A stretch of 64,000 nucleotides of DNA from Polyangiales bacterium (GTDB taxonomy: Bacteria > Myxococcota_A > Polyangia > Polyangiales > Ga0077539): positions 160,001 to 224,000 of the forward strand of contig JBGARZ010000001.1 in NCBI GenBank assembly GCA_044229975.1, in the 5' to 3' direction. This document shows, one piece after another, positions 40,016-48,724 of this stretch (position 1 is its first letter; the number at the start of each line of letters is the position of its first letter). The position numbers were made by a program, and so were the translations under genes. The notes below the pieces were generated by a model, which did no database searches, was not told the origin of the DNA, and worked only from the letters and a program-made list of their open reading frames with translations.

Positions 40016-41107
40016 ATGGACGCCCGACACGAAGAACTCTCCACCGAGCTCGCCGCCGCCGCGGTGCGCGCACTCAACGAAGACTGGCGCAACCTCAACT
40101 ACGGCCTCTTCCAGGACCGCATGCGGCCGCCCTCGATGCTGCTCTCGTCGGCGACCGGCTTCCTCGGTCGCTGGGTGCGCGTCGGTCGCACCATCGAGAT
40201 GTCGCGGAGCTTCATCCTCGCCCAGCCCTGGGGCGTCGTCATGGAAGTGCTGAAGCACGAGATGGCGCACCAGTACGTCGACGAGGTCATCGGCGTGCGT
40301 GACGAGACCGCCCACGGCCCGGTGTTCCAGAAGGTGTGCGCCGACCGCGGCATCGACGGTGGCGCGACGGGCGTCCCCACGGCGAGCGGCGGCGGTGACC
40401 CGGGCACGGCCGCGGTGCTCGACAAGATCGCCAAGCTCCTCGCGCTCGCCGGCAGTCCCAACGAGCACGAGGCCCAGCTCGCGATGAACACCGCGCAGAA
40501 GCTGATGCTCAAGCACAACCTCGACGCGGTGCGCGCGAAGGCGGCGCGGGGGTACATCCACAAGCACCTCGGCGAGCCCACCGGGCGGGTGGAGGAGGCG
40601 GCGCGCTACCTCGCGGCGATCCTGTCGGAGCACTTCTTCGTGCAGTGCATCTGGGTCGGCGTGTGGCGCGTGCGCGAGGGCAAGTCGGGCTCGGTGCTGG
40701 AGGTCATCGGCACGACCGAAAACGTCGCCATGGCGGAGTACGTGTACTCGTTTCTCGACCACACGGCCGACGCCCAGTGGACGCTGCACAAGCGCGCCAA
40801 CAACATCCGCGTCGACCGCGACCGCCGCGCCTTCCGCACTGGCGTGATGATGGGCTTCTTGGAGAAGCTGCGCGCCGAGCGGAAGGGCCAGCAGGAGACC
40901 GGGCTCGTGTGGGCGGGCGATCCGGCGCTGGAGGCGCACTACCACCGGCGGTATCCGCGCATCCGCGCGATCAGTCGATCGGGGGCGACACGCACCGAGG
41001 CCCACGCGGAAGGCCGCGAGGCGGGCAAGACCCTCGTGCTGCACAAGGGCGTCGATGGTGGGAGAGGGTCGTCGGGCGGCGGCGGGTTGCTCGGCCCGTC
41101 GCGCTGA
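40016..41107 (+). CDS. SprT-like zinc metalloprotease domain fused to DUF2786-like domain
   Basis: LGRW, VLKHEMAHQ...HGPVF; KIAKLLALAGSPNEHEA..A..AQKLMLKHNL. Confidence 0.8.
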   Translation: MDARHEELSTELAAAAVRALNEDWRNLNYGLFQDRMRPPSMLLSSATGFLGRWVRVGRTIEMSRSFILAQPWGVVMEVLKHEMAHQYVDEVIGVRDETAHGPVFQKVCADRGIDGGATGVPTASGGGDPGTAAVLDKIAKLLALAGSPNEHEAQLAMNTAQKLMLKHNLDAVRAKAARGYIHKHLGEPTGRVEEAARYLAAILSEHFFVQCIWVGVWRVREGKSGSVLEVIGTTENVAMAEYVYSFLDHTADAQWTLHKRANNIRVDRDRRAFRTGVMMGFLEKLRAERKGQQETGLVWAGDPALEAHYHRRYPRIRAISRSGATRTEAHAEGREAGKTLVLHKGVDGGRGSSGGGGLLGPSR

Positions 41108-41110
41108 TCG

Positions 41111-43081
41111 TCACTCGTTGCCGAGCTGCTGCATCACGCCGTTGAGCAGCTCCTGCAACTGCTGCGGCGAGACGTCACCGCTCGGCAATCCCGGCACCGC
41201 GGGCGTCGCGCCCGGAGCCCCGCCCGCGGGCTGCTGACCGAGACCCTGGAGCATCGGCCCGAGCATCCGCAGCGCATCCTGAACCTCCGGCGAGACCTGT
41301 CCGCCGGGGCCGCCGAGCATGTTGCCCACCATGGCGCCGAGGTCCATCTGACCGAGGTCGGCGTCGCCGTGGGACTCCTGCAACCAGTGCCTCGCCAGCG
41401 CCCGGTAGCGCGTCGCGTTGGCGCGGTCTTCGGCCACCAACGCATCCGCGAAGCCCGTCGCAGGAGCGGTGCGCCACCGCCACGTCGTCACGTACCGCTG
41501 CAACGCCCGGAAGAACACCGCGTCGCCCGCGGCGCTGCGCCACGCGTTGTAGAGGTACGGCCCCTTGCCGTAGACGAGGCCCGCGTACCCGATGGGCGTC
41601 GCGAAGGCCGACGCGGGACGGTCGACGGCGCCGTCGGGCTGACCGAGCGTGCGCATGAACTGGTAGTTCATCTTCACCTGCATGTCCGAGTCGCGGCGGG
41701 CGCGCTCGGCGCCGTAGCGGTCTTCCAGGTAGAGCGACGCCGACCACTGGGCCAGCGACTCGTCGATGAAGGGGTGCGCGCGGGAGTCGCTCCCCACCAG
41801 CCCGTGCCAGTACTGGTGCGCCACCTCGTGGGCCGTCACGAACTCCAGCATCGCGGGGACGAGCTGGTCCATCACACCGGAGGTTCCGCCGCCCAGCATC
41901 GAGAGCAGACCGCCGAGCCCGAGGCCGTCGTCACCCTGCCCCGCGCCCACCCGCGTCGGCGGCCCTGACGTCCCTCCGTAGAACATGCTCGCGACCGTCA
42001 CGAGCCCCGGAAACTCCACGCCACCCGCACCGCCCACGAGCGGCGCCTCGACCACGTCGAGGTCGACGTACGGGTACTCCCCGAAGCGTCGCTGGTAGAC
42101 CTCCAGCGCCCCCGCCGCCACGTCGAGCACCCGCTGCCCCGCCTCGCGGTGCTGCCGGTTGAACACCGAGCGCACCTCCACGTCGCCGACGCGCCGCGTG
42201 GCCACCTCCAGCGTCGCCCCCGCCATCACCGCGAAGTCGCGCACCACCGCCGCGCCGACCTCCACCCGCTGCCGCGCCGCGCCTCCCGCGACGCCCTCCA
42301 CCCGCCGCAGCACTGTTCCCGTGGAGGCGATGGTGTAGCCCGTCGGGAAGTCGATGAGCGCGTGGACGTTGGCGAGGTCATCGGAGCCGAGGTCGCCGAC
42401 TGCGCCTGCGTTGGTGCGCTCCCAGCGGTTGCCCACGCGGCGCGCGAGCACCGGGTAGAAGTTGGCGAGGCTCACGATGCCGTCGCCCACCGAGAGCAGC
42501 CCGTAGTCGCCGCCGCTGTCGCCCGCGGACATCGCGCTCATGGACTCCATGCCCTGGGCGAGCAGGTTGGTGCGACCCGCGGCGATCTCGGGGAGCGTCG
42601 CCTCGACGTCGAGGACCGCGCGAATCCGCTGACCCGGCGCGAGCGGTGTCGATGGCCGCAGCACGATGACCGATGGCGACTCGGCGCTCACCGCACACGT
42701 CGCCCCGACGCACGACCCGCGAACGAAGCGCAGCGGCGGCGTCCACGGCGACGCGGCGCCCGCGCGAGGCGCCGGGGGACGGATGGCGTTGGCGTAGAGC
42801 CGCAGCACCACCTCGCGCATCGGGGCGCGCTCGTTGTTGGTGAAGTAGAGCTCCTCGCGCAGCGTGAAGGTGCGCGTCGTGGGCTGCACCGTCAGCCTGA
42901 GGTCATAGCCGGGGAGCGCGTCGAGGGCGGTGACGCCGGACGCCGCGAGCGTCTGCCGCGCCGCCGGACGCAGCGAGGCAAGCCACGGGGTCGCGTCGTA
43001 GAAGGGCGTCGTCTGCGCCGAGGCGGAAGCGCCGCCGAGCAGCGCGATCGCCAGCACCGTCACCATCGGGAGTCGCCTCAT
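41111..43081 (-). CDS. Secreted M1-family metallopeptidase
   Basis: Signal peptide; GGVEFP (GAMEN-like), HEVAHQYW...DESLA, VYGKG. Confidence 0.87.
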   Translation of the reverse strand: MRRLPMVTVLAIALLGGASASAQTTPFYDATPWLASLRPAARQTLAASGVTALDALPGYDLRLTVQPTTRTFTLREELYFTNNERAPMREVVLRLYANAIRPPAPRAGAASPWTPPLRFVRGSCVGATCAVSAESPSVIVLRPSTPLAPGQRIRAVLDVEATLPEIAAGRTNLLAQGMESMSAMSAGDSGGDYGLLSVGDGIVSLANFYPVLARRVGNRWERTNAGAVGDLGSDDLANVHALIDFPTGYTIASTGTVLRRVEGVAGGAARQRVEVGAAVVRDFAVMAGATLEVATRRVGDVEVRSVFNRQHREAGQRVLDVAAGALEVYQRRFGEYPYVDLDVVEAPLVGGAGGVEFPGLVTVASMFYGGTSGPPTRVGAGQGDDGLGLGGLLSMLGGGTSGVMDQLVPAMLEFVTAHEVAHQYWHGLVGSDSRAHPFIDESLAQWSASLYLEDRYGAERARRDSDMQVKMNYQFMRTLGQPDGAVDRPASAFATPIGYAGLVYGKGPYLYNAWRSAAGDAVFFRALQRYVTTWRWRTAPATGFADALVAEDRANATRYRALARHWLQESHGDADLGQMDLGAMVGNMLGGPGGQVSPEVQDALRMLGPMLQGLGQQPAGGAPGATPAVPGLPSGDVSPQQLQELLNGVMQQLGNE

Positions 43082-43104
43082 GGGCACCGATGGTAGCGCG
43101 CGGG

Positions 43105-44958
43105 TCAGTCGTCGGGGTCGTCGTCGGAGTGATGGCGGTGACGGCGGTGGGTCGAGCGGTGCGTGCTGTGGCGCCGCGAACGGTGGCGGCGGTGGTGGTC
43201 GTCGTCCTCTTCGACCGCGGCATCCATCGGGGCAGCCATGACGGCTGCGTCGGCCGCGACCGAAGCGTCGGCCGTGACCGAAGCGTCGGCCATCACCGAG
43301 ACGTCCATGGTGGTCGCGGCATCGATCACCACGGCCGCGTCGAGGGTGACCACGGCGGCGACAGGCGGAGCGACGGCGGGTGGAGCGGGTGGGGCCGCCG
43401 CGATGACCGGGCGCGGTGGCGGTGATGGCCGGAGGAGGGCGACGGCGGGCGGGTTGCGGGTGAAGGTTCCGCGCAGGAGGAGCACGAACGCGCCGCAGAC
43501 GAGGCCGCCGAAGACGAGGCCGAGGGCCACCAGAAGCGCGCCCGCGGCACGGCGGGAGCGAGGCGGCGGACGAATCGACGAGGACGAACGCAGGGGCGGG
43601 TACGACGGAGCGACGAGCTCGGGCGGGGTATACGGGACCTCGTCGGCGGGCTCGTCGATCGCGAACTCGACGGGCTCTTCCGGCGGCGGCGCTGGAGGTG
43701 GTGTCGGCGGTCCCGGACGGAAGGTCCCGCGCGGCGGAACCGAGGCGGACGCCATCACCGTCGTGGTTCGCCCCTCGTCGTCGACGGGCTGCGGCGGACG
43801 CGACGACGGCGACGGTGGGTGCGACGACGGCGGCGCGATGGAGGGCGTGTAGCGCGGCACCTCGATGCGAGCGATGCCATCGGAGGGCGTCGGGAAGCCC
43901 GGCATGAGCTCCGTCGAGGACGGCGGCATCGACGAGTGGCGGACCTCGCTCTGCGAGGGCGTGCGACGGTGGGTGCCCGTCTGCGAGCTCCAGAGGTCGG
44001 AGTCGTGGTCGTCGACACCGGGCGGCAGGGCGTTCATCAGGGCGGAGAGAAACTCCGCCGCGTGCTCGTAGCGGTCGCTCGGCCGCAGCGCGAGGGCGCG
44101 AGCAAACACGGGCTCCCACGGCCCCACATCGACGCCGCGCTCACCCGGCGTGGGGCGACGCGGGGACAGCACGTTGGCGCACATCTCCATGGCGTCGCCG
44201 CCCTCGAAGGGAATCTGCGCGGTGAGCATCTCGGACATGAGCAGCGCGAGCGCGTGCACGTCCGTCCACGGCCCCGTGCGCATCCCGCTCACCTGCTCCG
44301 GCGCGGCGTAGTCGGGAGAGAAGGCCTGCACCTGCGTGAGCGTCTGCGCGCGATCGGCCCGGCGCTCTTCGGTGCCCATCACCTTCGCGATGCCGAAGTC
44401 CAACAGCTTGAGCCGCGCGTTGCCGCGGCGGCCGGTCACGATCATCAGGTTGCCGGGCTTGATGTCGCGGTGGACGATGCCCTCCTCGTGGGCGATGCCC
44501 ACGGCCTCGATGACCGGGTACATCAGCGCGATGGTCTCGGCCGGCGTGCGCCCCGACGAGCCGGTCTCGATGCGCTGGTTGAAGTCCGCTTCGAGCGTCA
44601 CGCCCTCCAGCCACTCCAACGCCATCCACGGCGCCTTGGCCCCGCTCGGCATGATGGACGTCCCGAAATCCAGCACCCGCACGATGTGCGCGTGATCGAG
44701 CTGCGCGACGGTGCGCGCCTCCTCCGTGAAGCGCAGCAGGAACTCCTTCTGCTGCCGCTGCGTGAGGTCGCTCGGGGTCTTGAGCACCTTGATGGCGACG
44801 GGCTTCCGCAGCTCGCGGTGCTGCGCCCGGTACACCACCCCGAAGCCGCCTTGCGCGACCACGCCGACGACGTCGTAGCGAGAGTCGAGGCGCGCACCCA
44901 CCAGGCCAAACGGGTCGACCCGACCCTCGGATGTTGTTGCGGCGGGCTTCACACTCAT
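43105..44958 (-). CDS. Serine/threonine protein kinase, Pro-rich linker, single TM
   Basis: AQGGFGVVY, VAIKVL, HRDIKPGNL, DFG, YAAPEQ. Confidence 0.92.
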   Translation of the reverse strand: MSVKPAATTSEGRVDPFGLVGARLDSRYDVVGVVAQGGFGVVYRAQHRELRKPVAIKVLKTPSDLTQRQQKEFLLRFTEEARTVAQLDHAHIVRVLDFGTSIMPSGAKAPWMALEWLEGVTLEADFNQRIETGSSGRTPAETIALMYPVIEAVGIAHEEGIVHRDIKPGNLMIVTGRRGNARLKLLDFGIAKVMGTEERRADRAQTLTQVQAFSPDYAAPEQVSGMRTGPWTDVHALALLMSEMLTAQIPFEGGDAMEMCANVLSPRRPTPGERGVDVGPWEPVFARALALRPSDRYEHAAEFLSALMNALPPGVDDHDSDLWSSQTGTHRRTPSQSEVRHSSMPPSSTELMPGFPTPSDGIARIEVPRYTPSIAPPSSHPPSPSSRPPQPVDDEGRTTTVMASASVPPRGTFRPGPPTPPPAPPPEEPVEFAIDEPADEVPYTPPELVAPSYPPLRSSSSIRPPPRSRRAAGALLVALGLVFGGLVCGAFVLLLRGTFTRNPPAVALLRPSPPPRPVIAAAPPAPPAVAPPVAAVVTLDAAVVIDAATTMDVSVMADASVTADASVAADAAVMAAPMDAAVEEDDDHHRRHRSRRHSTHRSTHRRHRHHSDDDPDD

Positions 44959-45111
44959 GCGCGGGGGATGCGGCCGCGGCGACGCTAACACATCTCCCCC
45001 GGCAGATGAGCCACGCGGCGCGAGGCCACGCGCGCGACGGACGAGGTCAGCGTCCCTGGAAGGTTGCGTCGCGGACAGCGCTGGCATATCTCGCTAGAAG
45101 GAACCCCTCCC

Positions 45112-45936
45112 ATGCCCTCGTTTCTCGTCTACCGCCTGGGGCAGCCGATGCGGCGGCTGACTTTCGAGACGCCCCCGATTCGTGTCGGGCGCGACCCGGA
45201 GAACGACATCGTGATCCGCAGCGAGACGCTCTCGCGCGAGCACGCGATGTTTCTCCAGGACGAGAGCAAGCGCTGGTACGTGACCTGTGTGTCCGAGACC
45301 AACCCCATCGTGGTGGGGGGCAAGCTCGTCGCGAAGTCGGCGCCGGTCGCCGACATGAGCGAGATCCTGGTGGGCAACGAGTGCCTGATCATCTTCGTGA
45401 CCAACCCGGCCAACGCGGCGCACCTCGTCGACTCCAAGTCGACCCAGCAGGTGGTCTGCCCGCAGTGCTGGTGGACCGCGATGATGTCCATCTACAACAA
45501 CCACGCGAACTGTCCGCGCTGTGGCGGCGGCCCGCTCGCACCGGCCGAAGAGCCGCTGCCGGGCACCGAGGACGGCGCCGCCCCGCTCGACGCCAGCACC
45601 CGCATGATGAGCGGCGTCGAGCTGCGATCGTCGTACCGCATCATGCGCGAGGCCAAGCGCTCGGTGCTGCTGCGCACCGACCAGTACGGCGGGAGGAAGT
45701 TTCTCTCCGAGAGCGAGACGGTGGAGATCACCAAGGACAACCCGGACATGCCCCTCAAGGGGATGTTCGTGGGCGGCGGCTTCACGCTCGCGTGGGACGG
45801 TCAGAGCTGGACCATCGAAAACCACCTCTCGTGGCGTCGGCTCTTCGTCAACGGGCAGTCGGTCAACACGACGCAGCTCAAGATGGGCGACGTCATCGAG
45901 GTCGGCTCCAACCGCTTCCAGCTCACCTCCGAGTAG
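45112..45936 (+). CDS. Protein with N-terminal FHA domain, central Zn-ribbon and C-terminal FHA-like domain
   Basis: VGRDPENDIVI..LSREHA; CPQC...CPRCGG; LFVNG...LKMGDVIEVG. Confidence 0.78.
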   Translation: MPSFLVYRLGQPMRRLTFETPPIRVGRDPENDIVIRSETLSREHAMFLQDESKRWYVTCVSETNPIVVGGKLVAKSAPVADMSEILVGNECLIIFVTNPANAAHLVDSKSTQQVVCPQCWWTAMMSIYNNHANCPRCGGGPLAPAEEPLPGTEDGAAPLDASTRMMSGVELRSSYRIMREAKRSVLLRTDQYGGRKFLSESETVEITKDNPDMPLKGMFVGGGFTLAWDGQSWTIENHLSWRRLFVNGQSVNTTQLKMGDVIEVGSNRFQLTSE

Positions 45937-47389
45937 CGCGCGACTCTTCGAGCAGCTCGCGCGCCGCGATGCGCAGGATGCGCGGAAGCACGAAGCGAAA
46001 CACCTCGCAGTAGGGACTCCGACCGTCGACGTGACCGTCACGGCGGTGCAGCAACAGAGGACACCCGCCGGCGCACGAGTGCTTGAAGCGACACGCGTCG
46101 CAGGTGTCGTTGGGCGATCGCTTCTGGAAGGTCGCGCCCATCACCTCGGGGGCCATCCTCAATAGCGCGGTGTCGGGTTCGAGCGCGGCTGATCCTTCGC
46201 GGTGCAAGCCCGCCTGGCAGGGTGACAGCCGACCGTCGTGGGAGACCGCGAGGGAGCGCTCGCCCGCGGCGCAGGCCCGCCCGATGGGTTGCCGCCATTG
46301 CAGGTCGCAGAAGCGGTGCGTGCGGCGAAACGACGGTCGCACGGGCATCGCGCGCTCGATGCGGTCGTAACACTCGCCGAAGACGCGCAGCACCCGCGCG
46401 AGCGCATCGCCCTCCAACATCGGGGCTTCAGCGGGACTCGGGCGTGACGCGCGACGGAGCTTCACGAGACCCGCGCCGGGGCGCCAGCCGGGGAGGCGCG
46501 CGTCGAGCAGCGCGTCGCCGCCGTCGAGGTCGCGCACGAGCGAGTAGCGGAAGCCCATCTCGCGGCCGAGGAGCCAGTCGGTGAGCGCGGGGATTCCGTC
46601 GAGGTTGTCGGCGGAGACGGTGACGAGCGCGTAGGGGCGCAGGCCCGCCGCGACGAAGGCGTCGAGGCCGCGCTGGAGGTCGTCGAAGGACCCGCCGCCG
46701 CCGAGCGCGGGGCGCATGGTGTCCTGCGCGGCGCCGACGCCGTCGATGGACACGCTCACGGAGACGTCGTGGTCGCGCATCCAGCGGGCGGCGTCGTCGG
46801 GGACGGTGGTCCCGTTGGTGAGCACGGCCGCGGTGAGCGTGGCGCCTTCGCGGGCGAGCAGCGCGCGGGTCTCTTCGAAGAAGGTTCGGATGAACCCGAA
46901 GCGCAGCAGCGGCTCTCCCCCGGCGAAGCGGAGGTGAACCGCGCGCACGCCGTCCTCGCGCACGGTGGCGAGCAGCGACGACTGGAGCGCCCGCGCGGTG
47001 TCGTCGGAGAGCGAGCGGCCGTCCTTCTCGATGTAGCAGTAGGGGCAGTCGAGGTTGCACGCGTTGGTGACGTGAACCCAGAGGTCGAGCGAGCGCGGCG
47101 CGGGCCTCGACGGCGGCGGAACCGGGAGACCGTGGCCGGTGACGAAGCCGTTGCGCGCGAGCATCGGGAGCTCTCGCGCGAGGGACTCGACGGGGCGTCC
47201 GAGCGTCGCGGCGAGGTCGCGGAGGGGACGGCCGTCGGCGAGGTCGAGCAGCGAGGCGGCGTCGCGGGAGAGCAGGGCGAGGGCGTCGCGGCCGCGCGGG
47301 TTGTGCACGAAGCGCCGACCCTCGACGATGCCCAGGTAGAGCCCCTCGGCGCGACGAACGCGGGCTTCGGCGAGATCATGGACGGACAC
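45923..47389 (-). CDS. Radical SAM/SPASM enzyme with N-terminal RRE (PqqD-like) domain; putative peptide/protein maturase
   Basis: CNLDCPYC; FAGGEPLL, TNGT, SIDG; SPASM C-X12-G-X4-C ... CDAC-X5-C-X3-C ... YC; N-terminal region with strand-then-helix pattern ending LARNGFV. Confidence 0.9.
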   Translation of the reverse strand: MSVHDLAEARVRRAEGLYLGIVEGRRFVHNPRGRDALALLSRDAASLLDLADGRPLRDLAATLGRPVESLARELPMLARNGFVTGHGLPVPPPSRPAPRSLDLWVHVTNACNLDCPYCYIEKDGRSLSDDTARALQSSLLATVREDGVRAVHLRFAGGEPLLRFGFIRTFFEETRALLAREGATLTAAVLTNGTTVPDDAARWMRDHDVSVSVSIDGVGAAQDTMRPALGGGGSFDDLQRGLDAFVAAGLRPYALVTVSADNLDGIPALTDWLLGREMGFRYSLVRDLDGGDALLDARLPGWRPGAGLVKLRRASRPSPAEAPMLEGDALARVLRVFGECYDRIERAMPVRPSFRRTHRFCDLQWRQPIGRACAAGERSLAVSHDGRLSPCQAGLHREGSAALEPDTALLRMAPEVMGATFQKRSPNDTCDACRFKHSCAGGCPLLLHRRDGHVDGRSPYCEVFRFVLPRILRIAARELLEESRATRR

Positions 47390-47395
47390 GCGCCG

Positions 47396-48682
47396 TCACC
47401 AGTCCGACGAGCAGTCGCTCGAACAGTCGGAGCTGCAATCGCTCGAACAGTCGCTGGAGCAGTCGGAGCTGCAATCGCTGGAGCAATCCGAGGAGGAGCA
47501 GTCCGATGAGGAGTTGCAATCCGACGACGACCAGTCGGAGTCCTTGGAGCAGTCGCTGGAGACGCAGTCCGCGCAGTCGGTCTTGGTGACGCAGTCGGAG
47601 CAGTCGGCGGAGTTCCAGTCGGAGGTGGACGACCACGCGGGGTCGCTGGCGTAGACCGAGCCGTAGTCGGCGAGGTCGATGGGCTGGTCGGAGGGCGAGC
47701 CGAAGTCGTGACCGGCGAGCGAGTCGATGCCCGCGAACTTGTCCTCCATCGAGGGGATCGCATCGAACTCGCCCACGAGCGCGCCATCGGTGCGAACGAT
47801 GTGCACCGGCATCTCCCACGACCCGTGCATGTCGTGGTGATGGTGGTGGTGCATCGCGGCGTGCACGGCCGCGTCGAGGACGATGAGGTCGACCCAGTCG
47901 GAGTACGGGTCGCGGTAATAGACGTCCCAGGGGTCGTAGTAGGCCGACGGGTACGGCGGCGCGCGAAACCGCGTGTCGGTGCGCAGCGTCGGCGCCCGCA
48001 TCGCGGCGGCGTCGCGGGCCATGGCCTGCACCGCGCGCGGCGTCGGCTGCACCACCCGCGAGACGGTCGCGTACTCCTCGACCCTCGACCCGGGCAGCGC
48101 ATACGCGAGCCCGTCGCGCGCGCGGCCGACGAGGCCCTTGAAGACGTGCTGATGCGGCTTCGCCCGGTAGGGGTCGGCGCCCATGGCGGAGACGCGCGCC
48201 CGGGTCTGCGCGAAGGTCTCGCCGGGCAGCGGGCGCAGCTCCTCGATGCGCCCGCCGAAGGCGATGACCCCGGCGGCCGTCCCTGGCTGGAAGCGCGACT
48301 GGAAGGTCGCCTCGATGAGCGAGTGCACCCCCTGCTCGTGGTGCTCGAAGATCGCCCGCACCTCGCGAAATGGCTTCGTGAACCGCTGCGGCTGGGAGCG
48401 CATCGCCTGGAGCAGCCAGTGTGCGTCGTCGGCGTTGCCGAGCTCGTCGCGCCACACCACGGCGTCGTCGAGCAGCACGGCCACGGCGTCGCGCACCCCG
48501 AAGCTGAGCAGCAGGTTGCCCACCGCCTCGACGAGGCCGAGCGCGTGCATGCCGTGTTCGAGCTGACCCGAGCGCAGGTCGTGCTTCGCGCCGAAGGCCG
48601 CCGTGCAGGACTCCCAGAACGTCGGGCTACGCATGGCCTCACGGCCTGGCAGCCACACCCAGAGTCGAGCCGTCATTCGCAT
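47396..48682 (-). CDS. Hypothetical protein with His-rich segment and C-terminal (S/A/T)DC repeat tail; putative radical SAM target
   Basis: 428-aa ORF; tail ...SSDCSSDCSSDCSSDW; stop codon 6 bp before the radical SAM start. Confidence 0.8.
   Translation of the reverse strand: MRMTARLWVWLPGREAMRSPTFWESCTAAFGAKHDLRSGQLEHGMHALGLVEAVGNLLLSFGVRDAVAVLLDDAVVWRDELGNADDAHWLLQAMRSQPQRFTKPFREVRAIFEHHEQGVHSLIEATFQSRFQPGTAAGVIAFGGRIEELRPLPGETFAQTRARVSAMGADPYRAKPHQHVFKGLVGRARDGLAYALPGSRVEEYATVSRVVQPTPRAVQAMARDAAAMRAPTLRTDTRFRAPPYPSAYYDPWDVYYRDPYSDWVDLIVLDAAVHAAMHHHHHHDMHGSWEMPVHIVRTDGALVGEFDAIPSMEDKFAGIDSLAGHDFGSPSDQPIDLADYGSVYASDPAWSSTSDWNSADCSDCVTKTDCADCVSSDCSKDSDWSSSDCNSSSDCSSSDCSSDCSSDCSSDCSSDCSSDCSSDCSSDW
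47399..47608 (-). repeat. Coding repeat region: 14 Asp-Cys units, mostly SSDC
   Basis: ADC SDC TDC ADC SSDC, then SSSDC x3, SSDC x6, SSDW; synonymous codons vary between units. Confidence 0.9.
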
Positions 48683-48724
48683 GGTGGAGTGGTCGCCATC
48701 GCACCACGCGAGGGGGTGGCGGCG

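Noticed and set aside
45081..45096. ctggcatatctcgct as a sigma-54 promoter for the FHA gene
   Set aside because: GG-to-GC spacing is shorter than the required 10 nt.
45923..47389. Radical SAM enzyme as an anaerobic sulfatase maturase or PqqE
   Set aside because: No sulfatase or pqq genes nearby; the N-terminal extension and adjacent Cys-rich gene fit a peptide/protein maturase better. Not formally excluded without phylogeny.
47399..47530. 12-bp periodic DNA as a CRISPR array or simple VNTR
   Set aside because: No spacers and no cas genes; units differ at synonymous positions and are explained by the SSDC peptide repeat.
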